DNA of 64,000 bases from the NCBI RefSeq assembly GCF_009914755.1, contig NC_060948.1; one strand, 5' to 3'. Position 1 is the stretch's first letter; every line of letters begins with the position of its first letter. Positions 13,543-25,520 of this stretch are shown here, piece after piece. Made by a program: the position numbers and the translations under genes. The stretch comes from the human T2T-CHM13v2.0 reference genome, Homo sapiens. Below the pieces are notes generated by a model. The model was not told the DNA's origin and made no database searches. It worked only from the letters and a program-made list of their open reading frames with translations.

Positions 13543-14456
13543 AATAGAAAAAGAGGGAATGGATTCCTCCCTAATTTATTTTATGAGGCCATCATCACCC
13601 TGATAACAAAACCTGACAAAGACACAACAGAAAAGAAAATTTCAGGCCAGTATTCCTGCTGAATATCAATGCAAAAATCCTCAATAAAGTCCTGGCAAAA
13701 TGAATCCAGAAGCACATCAAAAGGCTTAACCACTACAATAAAGTCAGCTTCATCCCTGGGATGCAAGCCTGGTTCAACATAGGCAAATGAATAAACATAA
13801 TTCATCAAATAAAGAGAAGTAATGACAAAAACCACATGATTATATCAATAGATTCAACACCCCTTCATTCTAAAACCTCTCAGCAAACTAGGTCTTGATG
13901 GTATGTATCTCCAAGTAATGAGCTATTTGTTATAAACTCACAGTCAATATCATACTGAATAGGCAAAAACTGGAAGCAATCCCTATGGCAACTGGCACAA
14001 GACCAGGGCAGGGCAATCAGGCAAGGGAAAGAAATAAAGAGTATTCTAATAAGAAGAGAGGAAGTCAAATTGTCTCTGTTTGCAGATAACATGATTGTAT
14101 ATTTAGAAAATCGCATCATCTCAGCCTGGAATCTCCTTAAGCGGAGAAGCAACTTCACCAAAGTCTCAGAGTACAAAATCAATGTGCAAAAATCACAAGC
14201 ATTCCTATACCCCAATAATAGAGAGCCAAATAGTGAGTGAACTCCTATTCACAATGGCTACCAAGAGAATAAAATCCCTTCAAGTACATCTTACAAGGGA
14301 TGTGAAGGACCTCTTCAAAGAGAACTACAAACCACCACTTAAGGAAATAAAAGAGGACACACGCAAATGGAAAAATATTCCATGTTCATGGATAGGAAGA
14401 ATCAATATGGTGAGAATGGCCATACTGCCCAAAGTAATTTATAAATTTATATATAT

Positions 14457-14487
<31 letters not shown>

Positions 14488-15840
14488 CACACACACACAC
14501 ACGCAACAGATCAGAGGCCTCAGAAATAACACCACACACCTACAACCATCTGATCTTAGACAAAACTAACAAAACAAAGCAATGCAGAGAGGATTCCCTA
14601 TTTAATAAACGTTGTTGGGAAAACTGGCTAGCCATATGCAGAAAATTGTAATGGGACCCCTTCTTTAGACTTTATACAAAAATTAACTCAAGATGCATTA
14701 AAGACTTAAATGTTAAGACCTAAACCCATAAAAAACTAGAAGAAAACCTAGGCAATACCGTTCAGGTCACAGGCATGGACAAAGACTTTATTACTAAAAC
14801 ACCAAAAACAATGGCAAAAAAGCCAAATTTGACAACTGAGATCTAATTGAATGAAATAACTTTTGCACAGCAAAAGAAAGTATCATAATATTGAAGAGGT
14901 GACCTGCAGAATGGGAGAAAAATTTTGCAATGTATCCACCTTACAAAGGGCTAATACCCAGGATCTACAATAAACTTAAACAAATGTACAAGAAAACAAA
15001 CAACCTCAACAAAAAGTGGGCGAAGGATATGACAAGACACTTCTCAAAAGAAGACACTTATGCAGCCAACAACCATAAGAAGAAAAGTTTATCATCACTG
15101 ATCATCAGAGTAATGCAAATCGAAACCACAAAGAGATACCATCTCATGCCTGTTAGAATGATGATCACTGTAAAGTCAAGAAACAACACACGCTGGAGAG
15201 AATGTGGAGAAATAGGAATGCTTTTACACTGTTGGTAGGAGTGTAAAATTAGTTCAACCATTGTGGAAGACCATGTGGTGATTCCTCAAGGATCTACAAC
15301 TAGAAATACCATTTGACCCAGCAATCCCATTACTAGGTATATAACCAAAGGATTATAAATCATTCGGCTATAAAGGCACATGTGCACATATGTTTATTAT
15401 GGCACTGTTCACAATAGCAGAGACTTGGAACCAATCCGAATGCCCATGGATGTTAGACTGGATAAAGAAAATATGGCATATATTTGCCATGGAATACTAT
15501 GCAGCCATAACAACGATGAGTTTATGTCCTTTGCAGGGACATGGATGAAGCTGGAAACCATCATTCTCAGCAAACTAACACAAGAACAGAAAACCAAACA
15601 CCATATGTTCTCACTCATAATTGAGAGTTGAATAATGACAACACATGCTTACAGGGAGGGGAACATTAGACACAGGGGCCTGTCGGTGGCAGGGGATAGG
15701 GAGGGATAGCATTAGGAAAAATACCTAATGTAGATGACGAGTTAATTGGTGCAGCAAGCCACCATGTCAAGTGTATACCTATGTAACAAACCTGACTGTT
15801 TCGCACATGTACCACAGAACTTAAAGTATAATAATAATTT
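13543..15840 (+). mobile_element. L1PA ORF2 (RT to C-terminus) plus 3' UTR, with internal deletions
   Basis: [12 protein letters not shown] (FADD-like) at ~14075-14110; ORFs 14182-14529 and 14930-15238 are ORF2-like; 3' end ttaaagtataataat. Confidence 0.93.
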
Positions 15841-18055
15841 TTTTAAAAGGACCTTATTGAGAAAATTAAACTGAGAATCTTTGCCTTATTTGTGGTTTTG
15901 GCTTCTGAACAATCTCTAAATGTAATCTCCTTACACTTTTTGCATATGGTTAGTATTGGAGATAATGCTTTTCTTTAGTACTGAGAGTGGAGACTCCCAA
16001 TTTATGATCAAATAATTTAGCAGAATGCACTTGGGCCATATCATATCCATTTTGGGATGAGAGGACACTGTTGCTAAGTACTTACTGTCTGAAGTCACGA
16101 GAAGGAGCAAACATAAAATGCAGAAGTGAGTTTTCTGGATGCATACGTACATGTGGTCCTACAAAATTTTCTTTCTTTTGTTCAACAAATTTTATTTGGT
16201 ATACGTATACTGTTCAGTGTTGTGGATACAATAAGGATTGAGGAGTCAGTCCTTCACTCAAAAGACTTACCGTACAATGGGAAAAATGGAGGCCATCTCC
16301 CATGTCATTTCTCTATATCACTAAAGAAAATTTCAAAAACAAAATTCTTAAAATAAGGAATTTATATTATTATACAAATTATGTAATACCTAGATGTAAA
16401 TGGAATTACAAGCTGTTTTACCAAAACTACATGTTATTATTGAGATAAATTAGAAAATGTTTAATAATAGGATAAATATAACATATTCACAGATTAAAAA
16501 CAATGTTTTTAAGATTTATAATTTTTCTAAATTTATTTATGGATTCAATACACTCTCAATCAACGTCTCCTCATTTGCCTGTGTTATTAGTAAAGTCCAT
16601 CTCATACATGAGATACAATCTTGGATAAGAAAAGGAAGAGAGAAGTGAAATGAGAAAACTGAGCATATGAGCATTGTTCTTAAGGGACTATTTTTATTAT
16701 TGCATTGAGCTAAGACTACTTGATTTCCTTTTTTAATTTTTTTTTTGTGAATACACAGTCACTGTATGTATTTACTTGGTTTTTTGAATACAATTTTTCC
16801 TGATCCTGAGGTTTGAGATGCTCAAGAGGAACATCAGGTAACTTGAATACATAATAAAGAAGTTATAATTTATTTATTCCTCGGAGTATAATGCAGATAC
16901 ATGTAAGTCTTCCTATAAAGTTCTTAAAATATATATCTAATTTGCTTATAAAAAGTTGAACCATTTTTAGTCTTTTTAATATCAGTGCTCAATTCATCAT
17001 CATTCTTCATTTTCAGTATTTCTGTTATAGAATTTTATTAACTTTAATTTGGGCATTGAAACACTCGAACAGTATCATAAATTCTATTGCATCATGCATT
17101 CCACTGCTGCATGTGATACCATTAGAAAAGAAGTGCAGTGCATAAACAAATTTATTTAATATGTTATTTTCATTTATTTAAGTGTTTTGATCCAGATTAA
17201 AATTGATGAATATGAGCAAGAAGCCAAGACAAGGATGCAAAATTTTGACCAATTGATGAACACTGCTAACATTTTAATCTTTGTTATTTTGAGATAAAAA
17301 TTATGGGTTTTAAATTTGTAAACTCAGTAATTTGTAAAAATTCATGTGTGTGTTGATGTCTACCTATCTATCATCTATCTATATATACAACTTAACAATA
17401 AAACTATAGATAAAAGAACTGAACTTTATATTATATTTGCAGTATGCAATATTTTCCTGGGCATTATAGGCTTCATTTAGTCCATTTAATACACTATGAT
17501 TTCATAGTAATATGAAAATATATTTCTTAATGAACTACTTTACATTATTAATCAGCTATATATAGGAAGACAAAGTTGAGATAAGGACCAAATATAGCCA
17601 TTTTTAATAAAATAGTCCAAGGCATCACCATGTTCTATGTTCTAATGAGGTGCTACTATAAATTTAAAATCACTTTTAATGGCAAATATAAAGTATTATT
17701 GAAGCTAATTAACTTCCGTAGATTCCCAGAGATAAGACGTCTTATTCCTTTCACTTAGAGGGTGTGTGTATGTCTCAGGGAAGAATTTAGCTGAGGTTGT
17801 ATTTGATTAGATTGATTAAATATGCATTTTACTCCATAAATATAATTTTTATGTGTATTACTTGAATATCTATTTCTAAAAACGTAGAGCTTTTCTTTAT
17901 TTCATGCTGTTTGCCCCGGTCTACTAGGGGTTTGAATAGGGAAATCAGCTGTGTTCCTGAAAATGTGAATATATTCCTAAACATGTTCTCTATCTCATCT
18001 GTAATCTTGTGCACCAAGAAAGTCAACGCATTGCCCATTCCATTGTGAATACTTT

Positions 18056-18339
18056 GTTTTTGAGATGGAGTTTGGATCCCATCATGCAGGAGTGCAGTGG
18101 TACAATCTCAGCCCACTCCAATCTCTACCTCCTGTGTTCAAGTGATTCTCCTGCCTCAGCCTCCTGAGTAGCTGGCATTACAGGTATGTGCCACCATGCT
18201 CAGCTAATTTTTCTATTTTTAGTAGAGATGGGATTTCCCCATTTTGGCCAGGCTCATCTCAAACTCCTGACCTCAGGTGATCCAGCTGCCTTGCCTCCCA
18301 AAGTGCTAGGATTACAGGTGTGAGCCACCATGCCTGGCC
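18056..18339 (-). mobile_element. AluS element
   Basis: Reverse-complement Alu. Confidence 0.92.
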
Positions 18340-20061
18340 AGAAAAAAAAAAAAATCTGTTTTCACTTTTTGCTCATAGTGTCCATACAGTTTCTCTTCTT
18401 CTTGCCTTCTCTAATCAAGAGATATGTATCTCTCCATCTTTCTGTGTAAATCTTTTTAAATCTTTCTTCCTCATTTCCTATGCCATCTCTTCTCTGAAAG
18501 AAATGATTATCTTCTGCTGTACTCAATCTCCCTCTCCATTCAGCCTTCATAATACTAATATACCTCTGTATCTCTCTCACAGCACCATTCACTTTTTATT
18601 TTCTATCATGGTTAATCAGCTTTACAAACATTCCTTGAGGGAGGGGTTTTTATCTAATTTATTTACTTTTTCCTCCCACAAAACTAATACAACAGTTTGA
18701 GGGCCATTGGTGCTCAACAAACACTTTAAATGGTTTATTTATTCAAGACGGTAAATCAAGTCAGGTAGATATTACCCGTCTTTTCCTTTAAAGTGTAAAG
18801 ACTGGAAAACTCCAAAAATCCAGAAATACCAAAGCCTGATCATGATGGAACTGGCATAGAGTGTAAATCATTATTTACAATTGAGCCTCAGGTTCCTCAA
18901 CTCATTTTTAATCCCTGAATCTTTTAGACACCACTTTTCTTCATCAAATCATACACTGTATAAGAATTAATTATTCTTAACTTTTGGCTAACCATGATAT
19001 CCCTTTTCCCCCATGTCCATTCTTATTTTTTTATACAACAGAATTTTTGGCTTATTGTATAACTGCACAGATCAATACATTATATTCCTGCTTTGCCTGA
19101 GGTCAGACATAACCATGTTATAAATTTCTGTGTGGTGCAATACATCAGAATAGGTTTGTGCAACTTCTGGGCTGTGCCTTTCAAAGGAGGGAACTGTCAT
19201 TCCATTGTCCTTATAAATCATCTGGCTGGCTGGCTAGAATGTGGTCATGACTACAGGAGTTGGAACAGCCTTCTTGCACCATAAGATGTTGTCTGTTGAG
19301 GAGAGCAGAACAACAAAATAGAGGGAACATAGGTCTCTAAAAACGTTGAGGATTACAGCAACCACATCAGCTTAGAATTGTATATAAGAGAAAAGTTAAC
19401 TTCTGTCTCATTTGAAACTACAATTATATTTTAATGAAGCAGAACTCACTGATTCCACTGTTGCTATTATCCCTACCACTATTGTACCGGCAACCTTTAC
19501 TACAGAATCAAATAAAGTTATCATGACAGGTTATCAGAAACCAACTGGATTGGTATCTTGCCATCCCCATCTCATATTTGTCAACTTAGATGACAAACGG
19601 ATAAATGCTAGAATATAAAATAAATCTCAAATTAAAACTTAACACAATTTCCTCTGAACCATGCCTAGGTTTTGGTTTTTGCTTTTATTCTCCATTCAGC
19701 AGTGAAAGAAAAGAGAATATTTCAATAATTATTATATAATATAATATATATGTTACTTATTCTAATAATTTAATTTTAAAATAATTTAAGAATAAACATA
19801 TTTATAAAATTATTGACTTTAAAACTTTCATTTAACAATAATATGTATTCTATGATACAGTTTTTGCTTAGAAATATATATTTATATATTCATGTACATT
19901 TGTATGAATGTGTCAATGTATATTCAAATAAATATCATGAAAGTTTACATAATGACTTCTCAGTTATGCCCTCTGGGAGAGCAATTAAAAATGGTAAGTG
20001 AATAACTTTGGCTGTTTTATTATATACTCATGTATTAATTAAAGTTTTCAATAAGCATTGG

Positions 20062-20445
20062 TCTTTTATCAGCAGCATGAAAACAGACTAATACAATGAA
20101 TTGTTATGAGGAGTGGGGTGCTGCCGAAAAGATACCTGCAAATGTGGAAGCGACTTTGAAACTGGGTAACAGGCAGATACTGGAACAGTTTGGAAAGCTC
20201 AGAAAAAGAAAGAAAATATGGAAGAGTTTGGAACTTCCTAGAGATTTGTTGAATGGCTTTGACAAAAATACTGATAGTGATATGAACAATATGTCCAGGC
20301 TGAGGTGGTCTGAGATGGAGAGGAAAAACTTGTTGGGAGCTGCAGGAAAGGTGACTCTTGTTATATTTTAGCAAAGAGACTGGCAGCATATTGCCCCTGC
20401 CCTGCAGATTTGTGAAACTTTGAACTTGAGAGAGATGATATCAGG
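20062..20445 (+). mobile_element. THE1 (MaLR) LTR end plus start of internal region
   Basis: ttatcagcagcatgaaaacagactaataca (LTR end) then gagtggggtgctgccgaaaagatacc...ggaacttcctagaga (THE1-int). Confidence 0.85.
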
Positions 20446-22540
20446 TAGCAGTCTCAGGGCATATGCCTGCAGCTGCAGGAAGATGTATGGGAACACACAC
20501 AACTCTCACTCCCAGATAAGCACAACAAAGAGACAGAGACGTAGTCCAAGCCTCTGACATACTCTTCCACCCTGAATCCTTAGAAACTGTTAGTGTGTAA
20601 GAAACTGTCCCTTTAACTCACTCAGCCAGAAAAACCTCTCATATTTGTTTTCTTTAAAATAAACCTGTCCTTCACCGTCAAGCCACCTTTCTTGTTTCTT
20701 TCCTCTTTCTTCAGTTCCTAGGTTTGATGCCAAAACCTTTGACTGGTGTTGGGAGCAGAGGCTTTCTTGCAACCCAGGAAGCAGTGAGCAATGGTAGCTC
20801 ATCCTGAGTTAACTCCTGTATCCTAAAGGTCTCTGGCCACATGCCCCATCTTTTCTCTCACTTCACTTTTCAAGTGATTTGTGTGAGGAGGACAACTAAC
20901 TTGAAGGGACTGTGAGGGCCAGGCTGAGGCTACTCCCCAGTGGGCTCTCAAAACACTCAGGTCTCAGGAATCCACTTCTGACCACCTGCAATGAGTATTT
21001 TGTTCCCTAACCCTCCCTCGCAACCTCTTCGTCTTCTTTCTCTCTGTCTTTCTCTCTCTCTCTCTCTCCATCTCTCTCTCTCTCTCTCTCTCTTCCTGAA
21101 ATGGCTACAATCTGGGAGGGCCTTTGCCAATTCCATCCAGAAAATCCAATATCAGATACTAATTCGGATGACTGGTGACATCTGCCTTCTCCTGGCTTTC
21201 TGCCCTTGCTGGAGAAAGTCGGGCCTGCCGTCCAGGTCTTGGGAGGTCCAATGGGACTAATGGGGCTGAGCTAGAGGAAATCTTGGCACCCAGTTCCTTC
21301 TCAGCTTAAGGATACTATTTTGGAAGGAGGACTCTCGGTCTCTGTCTTTTGTCTGGGGATGCCTAGAACAAAACAGACACACCTAGCTTCCACTTACCAG
21401 TCCACATGGGTGCCAAACAATCTCATATCCCTACATCCTCCCCACTGGACTGCTGTATTCACAACCTAGCCAAGCTTGGCTTATGGCAGACCTTAAAGCC
21501 GAAGTATTTAATTTTCTACTTCAACAGAGATTTAACAACTTTATTACTAGAAATGACAAATGACAAGAGGTTTCCTCAGATTCAGGCTTTCTGCTACAGT
21601 CAACCTCACCCCTCCTCCTTTTCTACCTGTTCAAAAACTACTCCAACCAGTTAAATCTTCTCTGCCATTCTCCCTCTCCAGGAAGTGGCTAGGGTTAAAG
21701 GCAGTCCTTGCATTCATGCCCCCTTCTCCATGTCTAATTTGTGGCAAATCGAACGGCTTCTGGGATTTTTCTCTAAAAATCCCTCTCAACAATGATAGAC
21801 TGGATTAAGAAAATGTGGCACATATACACCATGGAATACTATGCAGCCACAAAAAATGATGAGTTCATGTCCTTTGTAGGGACATGGATGAAATCGGAAA
21901 TCATCATTCTCAGTAAACTATCGCAAGGACAAAAAACCAAACACCGCATGTTCTCACTCATAGGTGTGAATTGAACAATGAGAACACATGGACACAGGAA
22001 GGGGAACATCACACTCTGGGGACTGTTGTGGGGTGGGAGGAGGGGGGAGGGATAGCATTAGGAGATATACCTAATGCTAAATGACGAGTTAATGGGTGCA
22101 GCACACCAACATGGCACATGTATACATATGTAACTAACCTGCACATTGTGCACATGTACCCTACAACTTAAAGTATAATAATAATAATAATAGTAAAATT
22201 CCTCAAAAGAAAAAAAAAACCCTCTCATTAGCACAGGAAATTCCTGCACATAACCCAGGCCTTTAACTTGGCATACCATATATATAATTCTATCTCCACC
22301 CTTACCCTTAAAAAAAAAGAGTGCTCAGCTTAATTAAAATGGATATCTAAGCTATAAGTATATTCAAAAGTCATTTATCATTTTCTCTTCATAAATCTTG
22401 TTTTCCTAAAAAAGGCTTTTTTCTCAGTCAAAATTTCTTTTCTTCACTCTGTCTTGCCACTCTTGGTGCATGCATAAAAGACCCCAGAATAACTTGATGG
22501 CCTAGGAATCCGTAGGAAGATAGAAAATTTTCCACAAATC
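20446..22540 (+). mobile_element. MER50-like ERV1: partial LTR (to ~20720), degenerate tRNA-Phe PBS, leader and gag start
   Basis: LTR end aaaataaacctgtc...tttctttcctctttct; PBS-like tgatgccaaaacc at 20725; gag-like MGAKQSHIPTSSPLDCCIHNLAKLGL at 21406. Confidence 0.7.
21789..22213 (+). mobile_element. 5'-truncated L1PA inserted into the ERV1 internal region
   Basis: L1 3' UTR flanked by near-perfect TSD aaaaa(t/a)ccctctca (21775-21788 and 22214-22227). Confidence 0.92.
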
Positions 22541-22543
22541 CCA

Positions 22544-22842
22544 GGCCAGGTGCAGTGGCTCATGCCTGTAATCCCAGCACATTGCGAGTCTAGGTGGGTG
22601 GAGTACCTGAGTTCTGGAGTTCGAGACCAGCCTATCCAACATGGAGAAACACCATCTCTACGGAAAATACAAAATTACCTGGGCATTGTGGTGCATGTCT
22701 GTAATCGCAGATAACTCCATAGACTGAGGCAGGAGAATCTCTTGAACCCAGGAAGCAGAGGTTGTGGTGAACTGAGATTGTCCCATTGTACTCCAGCCTG
22801 GGCAAATGAGTGAAACATGCAAAAATAAAGGAAAAAAAAAAG
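22544..22842 (+). mobile_element. Alu element
   Basis: Dimeric Alu with A tail. Confidence 0.92.
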
Positions 22843-23914
22843 AGTAAAACATAAGGAGCATAGGTTTTTCCTGCCCTTCTGAAATCCCAGAGGCAGAGGT
22901 ATGGAGTTAAAGGAAAGTTTTGCCCCCTTGCGATTTGATCGCTAAAAAAGAACTTCACCATGTGGTGTTTGTGGCAACATAGGTCACCTATGGCACAGAA
23001 AAAGTAAAATAAGGGTATGGCATTGTTAAGCAGAGAGAGAATGCTGAGATAAGTTTCAGAGATGCTCTTATGTGGGGGGCCAAAGATAGGACTCCACTGT
23101 GCTCCCGTGTCTCCTGGAAGAGATGGAAGAGAACTCAGCGCAGTGCTAGGAGGCATTCCCAGGGCTACCCTGACAAGAGATAAGGTAGTCATGGTGCTGA
23201 AGCCACAGTATAAACAGCCTCGTTGGGCATCTAATAGAAGGTTTATTTATTTATGTATTTATTTTCAAACTTTTGAAAATAAAAGAAGAGCACAACTAAC
23301 TCCTGAATCATCCAATACAACAAGTCACAAATTTATGCTGTCACTCAGAACAGAGCATGAGAATTTCAGAAATGATCCAGAAATCCTACAGTAAAGATCT
23401 GGGTGAAATCAGGTGCACAAAGGTCACGCCAGGAGCCTCCCATCTCTTTTCCACTTTTTAAAGGGCAAGTGTTCCATTTGTGACCCTCCTGACATTCTCA
23501 TTTGCTACTTTGGAACTTATAAGGGGCACTCTGTAAAACAAAGCTCTTTCCTGAAAAACAAAAACAAAAACAAATAAACAACAGTGTTAGATACTATTAA
23601 TTAGCCACTTCAAACCTCCACCATAAATTTGTCAGGGTCAGGGCTTGTGAGGAAGATTAGGTTGATAAATCACACCCAACAACTTTCAAGTACTGCTACA
23701 TCACAGTTGTTCTATGCGTAAATTTGTAGCACTACCACAACACTTAGATTTAATGTCTTTCCATCTACTTCAGTTCATTCACATTTCATATGTAATTCGT
23801 ACGGTTTTAAAAATACATACTTAAGATATGTGTACTGCTTTCAGTAAAGGAATCTAAAATGAAAAGTATTCTGATCCAGAGTAAAAAAATTGTATGTTTT
23901 GTGGCTGATGCTGT

Positions 23915-24310
23915 CTCTGCTGCCAACTGGCTCTGTATCCTAGGCCAAGTCCTTTAATTTCTCTGGGCATTCATTTTCTCCAGAAAATGAGCAGACTGGA
24001 CTAAATCATTGCTGAGGTCTATTTTGATTTCTGACATCCTTCACTCATAGGAGTGATAAAATAAGGATGGCTGAGATGATCATGGTTAGACTGGCATTAA
24101 TCATTAAACAATGTTAACAAGTGTACAACCATTTAGTGAGTTCAGGCCATCTGCCTGGCAAAAAGTAAGTCATTTTATACAGGTTATTTCTAATCATTTA
24201 AACAACCACATGAGGAAATAGAAGTTGAGAGAGTTTGTAATTTGCTCCATGCTACACAGTTGGTAACTGGCATAGCCAGACTTCTCACTCATGTTTTCTC
24301 TGAAGCTTCT
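23915..24310. mobile_element. MIR fragments
   Basis: ctggctctgtatcctaggccaagtcctttaatttctctgggc and aaacaaccacatgaggaaatagaagttgagagag core-like motifs. Confidence 0.55.
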
Positions 24311-25169
24311 AAATTATATATAATACTTATTTTCTGTCCTTTTAAATTGTTTGATTTGAAGATAACAGCTTCCAGTCATTGTGAAAATTTTATACATCAT
24401 CCAAGCTTCCCATTCTCTCTGAAGCTCTATTTATAGCATTGAGGCAAAGCAATCTATGTCCTGAACTCATGAAGAATTCACTTCGATCATGCATTTAGTA
24501 CTTATTTTCAAAGCTAATACATTTTTCTAATCTCCTGTAACTATCTCCTGTGTCCTTCCCACAAAACTATAAATGCTCTGAAGCAATGTCAAGAAATGCT
24601 TGGGAGGAGCGTGGCATCAATAGGGCTGGAACTCGAGTGAAGAGACTAAGGTGTCTGCCATCAAAACCTCAGGAGGTCTCATTGTCTGGACTTCACCAGT
24701 GCTGGGTCAGCTTAGCTGGTTCCTGGCCCCGGACAGCCCATAGCAGCTGGTGGATGGCTAACTCACTGAAACGGTCTGAATGAAGTTCAACAAACTTAGT
24801 TCTCGACTCTGATAACCACTGATTTGGCTGCCCGAAGAGATCCTATGTAGTGCCTGGAAAATCAATCTGGTGAAAACAAAACTGAAGTCCAGAAGGCAGA
24901 GTAGAGGAAAGCCAGTGGAAATGCCTTCCTTGGTAGCATATTACTGTAGTATAATGAGTCACCAAATATCTGAAACACAAACTCATTCTGTTATTCCCTA
25001 GAGCTAAAAGCCCCAGCAATATAATGTTGTAAATGGAAAGATTTTTGAAGAAATTCCTTTAGCTTTCTTCAGCCCTTGACCTATGTGGGTTAGTGCCATA
25101 GCAAAACATCACACACTTCTTGGTGACACTTGGTAACATTATCAAACAAACAAACAAAAAACCACACAC

Positions 25170-25520
25170 ACAGAAATTTATTGTCTCATATTTCTGGAGA
25201 CTGGAAGTCCAAGTCAAGATGTCATCACCTTTGATTTTTTTCTGAGACCTCTGTCCTTGGCTTACAGATGGGGGCCCACCCTTTTCGTGTTTACATGGTC
25301 TTTTCTCTGTGCTCAGGCATTCCTGGTGTACCCTTGCGTGTCAAAATGTCCTCCTCTTATAAGGCCACCAGCGAGACTGGAATAATGCCATATCCAATTG
25401 CTTTCGTTTAACATAATTACATTTTTAAAGCCCTTATAGCCAAATACAGTAACATTCTGATGTAATGGTTTTAGGACTTTAATATGAATGGGTTGGGGCT
25501 TGGGAAATCAGCCCATAATA
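25170..25520 (-). mobile_element. MLT1 MaLR LTR
   Basis: cagaaatttattgtctcata...ctggaagtccaag...ccaaatacagtaacattctga. Confidence 0.75.

Noticed and set aside
17196-17264. Plus-strand exon-like segment (ccag|IKIDEYEQEAKTRMQNFDQLMNT)
   Set aside because: No canonical donor, no partner exons on the plus strand, and it is opposite to the surrounding exon chain
22632-23192. 186-aa minus-strand ORF
   Set aside because: Read-through of one fossil exon into intron and an antisense Alu; not a gene
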